In this document: piece by piece, positions 34,824 through 42,038 of the stretch
Layout: each line of letters starts with the position of its first letter
Position numbering within the stretch: the stretch's first letter is position 1
Assembly (NCBI GenBank): GCA_008632985.1
Contig: QPGO01000020.1
Span: 744,001 to 786,038 of the forward strand
Source of the DNA: Psammoneis japonica
Lineage: Eukaryota
Reading direction: 5' to 3'
Length of the DNA: 42,038 nucleotides
Notes under the pieces: model-generated
The model's input: only the letters and a program-made list of their open reading frames with translations
The model's database searches: none
Told to the model about the DNA's origin: nothing
Translations under genes and position numbers: made by a program

Positions 34824-37800
34824 AGCCCAGCCCGCGCTGCAAGACAGCCGGCGCGCTGGCTGCGATGTTGTACTCACAACAAAAAAGAATCCTTTTGCCT
34901 TTTGACTTCTGAGACGATCATCAAACGCTATCAACAATGCCTAAGAAGTTCGCAAGTAAAGAGGAAGAGAGGGAGTACGAAAAAGAAGAAAAAGGCGAAA
35001 CAACGCCAAAGGGCAAAGGAAGAGCAGGAAAAGGAACAGGAATTGGCGGACAAGCAACAAGCCGCGACATTGGGAATTAGTGTGGAGGAATTGCGCAAGC
35101 AACGCCAAGAGCAGAACGAAGCTGAGGCCAAGCGACGCAAAGAAGAAAGCAAAGCGAAGGCGTTGAAGAAAAGAGATCAAAAGAGGGCAGAGGAAAAGGC
35201 GGAGAAAGCCAAGGCCCGAATGAATGTGAGTGGCCCTATGTAGCGTGTTTATTGATTGCAGTTCAAGCCCGCCACCGGCCTCTTTGTTCCATACTATGTA
35301 TTACCTTCCCTCTCACTTGATATTGTCTTTTGTTTTAATCTTTAAAACAGTCGAATAATAGCATCGCGGCGCAGCCGCCTGCCCCGGGCGCCGGAGCGCC
35401 TATTTTGGTGAGTCGTCACGGCATTCCTCGATTGCAGACCTCGTCATTGTGCTCCACACCATGCATTACCTTCCCTCTCACTTGGTATTGTCTTTTGTTA
35501 TAATCTTTGCAACAGTCGAATAATGGCGTAAGTAAAAAGTACAAAGCGTATCGGAATCGTCGGGAGATTCAATTCAGACGGTCTTGTTATTTAATGTGTA
35601 CTCCCCCCCCCTCACTTGACATTGTTTGTTGTTTCAATCTTTGCAACAGTCGAATAATGGCGTAAGTAAAAAGTACAAAGCGTATCGGAATCGTCGGGAG
35701 ATTCAATTCAGACGGTCTTGTTATTCAATATGTACTCCCTTCCCTCTCACATGTTGATTGTCTTTTTGTTTTAATCTTTGTAGCAGTCGAATAACGGCAA
35801 CGCGGCGCAGCCATTCCTCGATTGCAGACCTCGTTATTGTGCATGAGTCTAACAAATGATGCATTGTTATTGTGTGGCACAGCTTGCAAGTGGGGGGGAC
35901 AGCAACAATAATCTGCCCATGCAGCAAATATTGGCCCTTCTTCAGCAGCAATATACAGCCGGAGGAGCCCCTACGACAGCAGCCCCAGTGGTGAACTTCG
36001 TGAGCGTATCAGGAGAGGCGACTTACATGAATTCGATGCACCAGAACAATGTCCAGCACAACAACGAAAGCGGTGGAAATGGTAATGATCTATCAGCACA
36101 GCTCAAGCAGATGACACAGACTCTCCTTGAGGGTCAGCAAGATTCAACCCGGAAGCTTGCGCAAGGGCAACAAGATTCAACTCGGGAGCTTGCGCAAGGG
36201 CAACAAGATTCAACTCGGGAGCTTTCACAACAAATCCAATCCGTGCCCCAATCCGTTGCTCAACAACAAATGGATGCAGCAGAAGCACATCGGCGCCGGG
36301 AAGCTGCTGTAGAAGGAACCCAAGTTCCTGGAATGCAGCCCGTGTCATTGTTCCCCCCCCCCCCTCACTCCCCTCCGGGGCCCACGGCCGGTGCAAAAGA
36401 GGAGGAAGAGGAGGAATTCGGTACTCCCAAGGAGCCGGCCTCCCCCGAAAATCAGAAGGAGCAGGCCTCGCCCGAGGGGATTGTCGTGACGACTGTAACC
36501 TCGCCCGAGACGCCCGTCACGACCGCAAATTCTCCCGTCTTGACGAGAGATGCGGATGTCGCCCCCGAAGCATCAGCACATGGGCCCGAAATGCTAGTAT
36601 CGCCCGAGGTACATGTGCCGTCGTCATCGACCGATGCGGATGCAAATGCGGACGCATCCGATTCCAACAGCATGGTCAACGCCGACGATGATGCGTTGGA
36701 CACCGATGAAGTCCTCGCCAGTGAAACGACTGCGACAATCCCTCGGTCGCGTTCCACCTTATGGGAGTACATCTTCGGCCCGCGTCGCGTGGAGAGCGAA
36801 CCAAAACAGACAGGCGAAGAACTCGAACCCAAGTACGTGTATCTTCGCAAGTGGAGCGGCGATGGGAGCAGCGAATTGCTTGCCAAGGGTGAAATGGAAA
36901 TTGGCCGGTCGGAAGCATCTTCCATGATCATCAAGGTCACTGACACCTCAGGCAGCGAACACTTGGTCAGTCTCTTCTTCTCCCGAGAGTCCACACCCCT
37001 CCAGAGCGAGGAACATCATGGCTTTTACTTCGGTGGGAGTGTCTCCGGTGCCAGTGCACGCCACGAAGGAACGCTCTCGCTTGCCGTAAAGCGGGCTCAC
37101 TCCCAAGAATTAGAGCCCTTGGTGGACCAGTTCCAGGTTTGCCGCGATGCGTGGGTCTCCCGACAAGCAGCCAAGGCTCCTCCTCTCGGTTTATCCGCAA
37201 GCTCCAACAGCAGTGACTCGCAAGTGGGCACTCCTCGTTTAGCTGCGGGAAGCTCCGAAGACGGAGAAGATTCCAGCACCCCTCCTCGTTTGTCCACCGA
37301 AAGCTACGACACGTCCGGTCCAGAAGTTGGAAGCGATTTCCCCGAAGAAGAAGGAGATGCGCCTGTGTCAGACTCAGAAGGAGGCGCAGAGAATCAAGGC
37401 GAAGTAGGAAGTGATGAAGGTCTCATGTCTGACGCGGAAGAAGATGTGCAAGTGACCTCCGTTGACACTACCGAGGAATCGGAGGAGCAAGAAGTAGTCG
37501 AAGACGCGGAAGAAGACCCCATGTTAGGCGCCAAAGAAGACACGCAAGTGGATACGCAGTTGTCTGCCGAGGAATCGGAAGTGCGCCATTTGGAATCTAA
37601 GGCTGGTGGTGACTCCAAACAAGAGCCCGTGCCCCCCGACGCCAAACAAGATTCACAGGTGTCTACCGAGGAATCGGAAGATGGCAGTGACGTTGGCAAT
37701 ACATTGGAAGCACCCCAAGAAGAAGCAGATGGGGGCAGCGTTTGGGCTGCAGATTTGGTTGGAAAGGGCGGCTTCGCCGAAGAAGAAGCTCCGGTTGAGG

Positions 37801-38024
37801 ACCTCGTCGAATATCAAGGAATCACTCCTTTGGTAGGGGACATTATCCAAGTGAAGGATACGTATCAACGCAAGGCAAAGTATCAGGGTTTGCGAGGCAA
37901 ACTTGCGCGAAAGGTCAATAGCATTACCTTTTTGGTTGATTTCGACGATGGCACCCCAAGTATCACCATGAAGACCACTTCTCTCTTGAAGGTTGTACAG
38001 CATTTTGGATCCGCCAGCATGTAA
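34824..38024 (+). CDS. Putative spliced gene: Lys/Glu coiled-coil exon (to 35225), exons 35351-35407, 35516-35527 and 35650-35661, then a large acidic low-complexity exon 35883-38024; 5' end undetermined
   Basis: All predicted junctions are GTGAGT/GTAAGT...CAG and phase 0. The last exon is open for more than 700 codons, Glu/Asp/Ser-rich, with a QGQQDSTRELA repeat and a basic C-terminal segment (VGDIIQVKD...GLRGKL) reminiscent of KOW/SH3-like barrels. Confidence 0.65.
35295..35845. repeat. Four tandem copies of an intron-3'-end plus exon-start unit (two of them 134 bp apart)
   Basis: CCCTCTCAC.TG..ATTGT.TTT..TT..AATCTTT...CAG|TCGAATAA at 35351, 35516, 35650 and 35787. Confidence 0.9.
36130..36230 (+). 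repeat. 33-bp coding tandem repeat x3 (QGQQDSTRELA)
   Basis: CAAGATTCAAC.CGG.AGCTT occurs three times at 33-bp spacing. Confidence 0.9.
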
Positions 38025-39019
38025 GCTCTAGGCCAGCTGCACGTGAATGGCGGATCTTTCACGGTCAAACAACCTAACCTCTGGAGCACAGATCCTACAC
38101 CCAAGAATGGGTGTGGTGGCTTGGCAAAACCACCGGTGCTTTGAAAAAAGGGAAGGATCACCAGCGCAAAAATCTTGCCCTTTTTTTTACTTCTTCGTGT
38201 TGGTTTACTCGCGGTCTAGACCATCGGCATTGGGTGCCAAAGTCTTGGATCTGACAGCAACCTACAATACTTTTGTCTCTTTGATTGGGAACGGTTGGCA
38301 TCGGCACTTGGAACATTACTGGGGTGGTTGTATAATAGTAGTAGAATCCAAACATGGCCACGAAACCCTGTAGGATTGGTAGCTGTCGTGTAGCTCCCGA
38401 TTGAGTAGTTGTTGTCGTGTACTGCATCCGGCGCGTATTTCAAAGCTTTGCTTCCCCCGAGCACGCTCAAATTAGCAAGGACAATCACGGTGATTCCGAA
38501 TCATCGGACGGGGTGTTGTCGGCGTCATCACCTGAGCCGATCTGGAATCAGCAATTCATAAGCGAATGAGCTGCCACCAGAATAAAAGTTAAAGCATTTC
38601 GCCAAACACTGCTGAAAACTTCTGCGTTGATAGGCGAAGGGGGATCATATCAAACTCTCTGACACGGATGACACGTCAAGCGATGCCAGCGATCACAGGC
38701 GGATGAACTCCAGAATGGCCCTAGTCTAAGTCTCTTTCGTTTTTCCGACTATTCTTACGAAGCTGCACCACAAAGCAATTCGAGCAATCGAGAAACGCTA
38801 GTGGGACCAAGTGTCTTACATTTTGAACGCAAATCCATGGCTGGCTGAGACGACGAATTTGCAGACGGACCAGTGTTTGCTATATGCTATCATTCTACGG
38901 CGCAAGCGTCACAGAATTAGGTCTTCAAACCGGCGAAACGACACAAGTGGGTGCTCCGGCATCTCCGTCGAGTTTTCATTAAAACGAGGCAGTTGATACA
39001 GTGTCACCAATAACTCTCA

Positions 39020-40200
39020 TGCTGCGATTGATGACCAGAATCTCCAAGACACTGGCATAATCATGGACCGTGACAAAGGCCGTTATCCGAAAAACGCACT
39101 GCGTTGGAAGACGTGATTTAGTTCGGCGAACTAAGCAAATCCTTGGTACCGGCATAACCAGTGGTACGTTCCAAACCGTCTCCGTCGTCAAGGTCGACAT
39201 CACCACCCAGAAAAGCCACGGAAAGCAACTGACGAAAATGGATCAAGTCATCAGGCTGTGCCGTGACGAGTTTGCCTGCGTCGTCCTCTCCGTCGGCCGA
39301 AGCATCTTTGGTGTATTTGTCCTTGCGCGTCTTGAGAACCTAGGCAAATGTTGCTTCGTCGTCGTTCAGGAGAGCATCCTTGAGTAAAATACAAGCCTTG
39401 GAGCCCGATAGCGCATGGCAGCACAGTGCAAGGCGTTCCGAACAATCAGCCACGGCGGGACGACGTTGAGCTGAAACGATAGGCAGCGCATCAGACGTCA
39501 TTTTCTTACTCGCCAATGGGTCCATTGTAGAGGCAAATCCGCAGCCCTCAAGCACGACTTGGTGAGGCAGGAAGCTGGAACGGTTCCCAAGAAGACGTCA
39601 CCACGAATCACTGTCCAATTGAGGAGCATCACCCGACTCGTCCGGACGAACGGACTTGGAGTAGACTGTTTGGGTTGCATGAGTGCTGGCGGGCAACACA
39701 GCGTTCTTAACAATCTTTTTGGGAGCATCTCCTTCTTCGTGCTTCTCTTCATGATTCCATTCCTTGGCAATCAAAGAATGGGGTGGGACCTGACTGATCC
39801 GAAATAGTTTCAAAGGCCTCCACAACGGTATCTTCCATCCCAAGATCCAGAGTCATATGTGCATTACGTTGCGAGAAGAAATGTCCTCGACGGAACCAAA
39901 CAACTTGGGCAAGATGGATTCCAGCAGTGCGGGGTGCTGTTCGACAATGGCTCTTGACAAAATGGCAACCTGCGTGCACCACCATCAGTGTACAAAAAGC
40001 CCATGAGGGTAGAAACAACCGTCTCGGCAACACTGGTTTATCGCACGGTGCATCCGTGAATGGCCCGAATCAGCATGATCCGGCAGGCCATGCCCTTGGT
40101 TTCCGCCATGGTGGAGTCCTGCTCTTGAGCCGTCTTAGCAACCTTGCGCTTGAGCTTCGACACCACATCAGCAACGTTACGAGGGGCGACAATTTCCATG
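39020..40200 (-). pseudogene. COPB1: Coatomer subunit beta (beta-COP) pseudogene fragment, central region
   Basis: Colinear minus-strand peptides across frames that match recalled beta-COP consensus: 'VAPRNVADVVSKLKR', 'CRIMLIRAIHGC', 'VAETVVSTLMGFL', 'LWILG', 'STHATQT' (GTYATQ), 'GDVFLGTVPASCLTK', 'AQPDDLIHFRQL', 'AFVTVHDY.SVLEILVINR'. Several stops and frameshifts. Confidence 0.8.
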
Positions 40201-40429
40201 GCAAAAAGAGAGCGAGGAGATGCGGGAACGCGACAGAGATTTTGCGAAGTCCCTTGCCTTCCTGCCGTCCAAAAAAGTGAGGCGGGTCATGGGCGGGTCA
40301 TTGCATCGGTCATTCTGGATTCGTCAGATTTACCGCCAAAACGAGCGAGAAACGAAAAAATGAGTGAGCGACGACGAAGGCGATGCAGACTGACGCACAC
40401 CACGAATTTGACGACCAAACCCATCCTTT

Positions 40430-42038
40430 AGCTGCAACCCACACAGCAAAGCTTGTCATTGCAGTGTCGCTGTCAGCCATGCCACCAACAGTGGCAAACG
40501 CCTCAAGCACTCCTTCAGAATCCGCGCTCCTTCAGAGCCCGCCCCGTGTCTCCAAAATGCACCGGATTTTTTGAGACGCTCAGGTTTTGAAGAACGGAAA
40601 AATTCAATTCAGAAGCACAAAAAACATGCCAGACCCTGCGCCACCAGGCGCAGAACAGTTCAGGGTGTGCACAAATTTTGTGCCACAGCGGCGCACATGA
40701 TTTTTGTGCGAGACTCCACATCGCCAAGCGGCGCAGACCCAGCGCAAAAGCAATGAATTTTTGAAGTTTTGTGGTGCACAAAGTCAGCACATTGTGACGC
40801 AATGGATTTGACATCAACAAGGCTTTGTGCAACACTTGCGACAACAAAGACAACAGAGAGCCACTTGCAAAATCTTGCCCCCACTTTGCACGTTGCAGCT
40901 GATGTGGCGTTGTTCATTCGTCTCACTCGTTTTCATCGTGGAACCTCCTGATGACACAGGGTGTCTTTCAGGCATTTGCATTGGTCTGATTGCCCCCCCC
41001 CCTCTTTGGGCAAGAATGGGGTGTGGTTTGCTTGAAAAGGCACCAGACCAGCCACAAGAAGCTTGCGGCAGAGAGCTGGCAAGCAAAGCACTGGGCTGTG
41101 CCACAAGGCACTGGCTGATGGGGCAGCATTGGGCAAGCACAGCCACAAGCATTTTCCTGTGGTTGCTTTGCACCACATGTGACAAAGCCAGAAACGTGGA
41201 CTGAGAAACACAGACAGCCAGGTTTTGCTCAGCTGGCCACCCAAAATTCAAGCAGGGGTGCAGCGGGAATGAAGAGGGCTGCAGGTCAATTTGAGGTCCC
41301 AGTGGGAACTTGCTTTGCATGTTTGTCAACAGCCTGCTGCAGAAGCTGTTGCTGCACTGGAAATCCAAAGGTGGCAGCGGGTGATGGGGTGGATCTTGCA
41401 AATTCTCTCAAGACTTTGTGACACACAAGGCCAAAATTTGGGCACAGCATCCACAGATGCTTTGGGAGAGATGCTGTGAATTTGTCAAGGCAGGTGCTTC
41501 TGACAGCATGGGTGGGAAAGGCCAGTGCTTGTTGCTGAGAATCTTTGTGAAGATTTTTTGAAGAGGATGACATGCCACATTTTCTCACTTGGAGACTTTG
41601 GAGAATTGTTTGAGCACAATCGGGCCAAACCTGCCAAAGTGTGCATTGAATTTTGGAGAACAAAGAAGACACAGATCCACAGCAGTGGCCAAGCTGGTGG
41701 GGCAAGGCTTGGAAAACAAGCTGCCCAAGAAGCCATGATGGGCTGGCAGCAAAACACTCCTCACAAAAGATGAAGCTGTCAAGCTGCCACAGGCTGACAC
41801 AACTCCACAGTTGCGCACTGTGGGAGCTTTGCTGTCAAGCACAAAACCACAGCACCTCAAGTCACAGACAAGCTGCTTTGCAGGCAGAAGCCCAGCCAAT
41901 GGCCGCAAGTTGACAGCCCCACAACATCTTCTCTTTTTCTCCTTTTTCCTTCTTTTCCTCTCTCTTTCTTCTCCTTTTCAAATCATTCTTCTGGGCCACC
42001 TCCAGTGGTCACCTCTTTCATTCTTCCCACATGCCAAA
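40430..42038. other. TpA-depleted relic/repeat island 3 (runs off the window end)
   Basis: No TA found by eye after CTTTAG at about 40429; begins with repeated TTTTGTGC/GCACAAA/GCGGCGCA motifs at 40570-40900. Confidence 0.88.

Noticed and set aside
38100..41050. Short similarity CAAGAATGGG(G)TGTGGT..GCTTG at 38102 and 41011, and GCAAAA(A)TCTTGCCC at 38166 and 40867
   Set aside because: Matches are short and not colinear; cannot be distinguished from chance by eye.

Overview
Eukaryotic DNA, most likely a raphid pennate diatom (inferred from bipartite plastid-targeting presequences, a CoDi-type Copia relic and silaffin-like KxxK proteins). Normal gene-bearing DNA alternates with three relic/repeat islands (about 1-12150, 19040-23330, 40430-42038). 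Intact genes: an aldo/keto-reductase-fold protein with a Tat motif (-), head-to-head with a FetB/FetA-like permease-ATPase fusion (+); two tandem paralogues of a secreted Pro/Thr/Ser-rich, Lys/Ser/Gly-tailed protein with a partial third copy between them; and an acidic low-complexity gene with probable 12-nt micro-exons. Relics: a Copia pol, an M48/Oma1-like peptidase and a beta-COP pseudogene. The main signal is that the islands and the redundant gene copy have almost no TpA dinucleotides. Aligning duplicates inside the window shows directional TA->TG/CA changes (about 24 of 31 TA sites in one copy, hand count), with YTAR contexts relatively spared and the effect separable from CpG decay. This looks like a repeat-targeted A:T->G:C hypermutation process, the reverse of fungal RIP. 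The responsible enzyme is not visible in this window. All alignments, counts and family assignments were made by eye or from recalled consensus.
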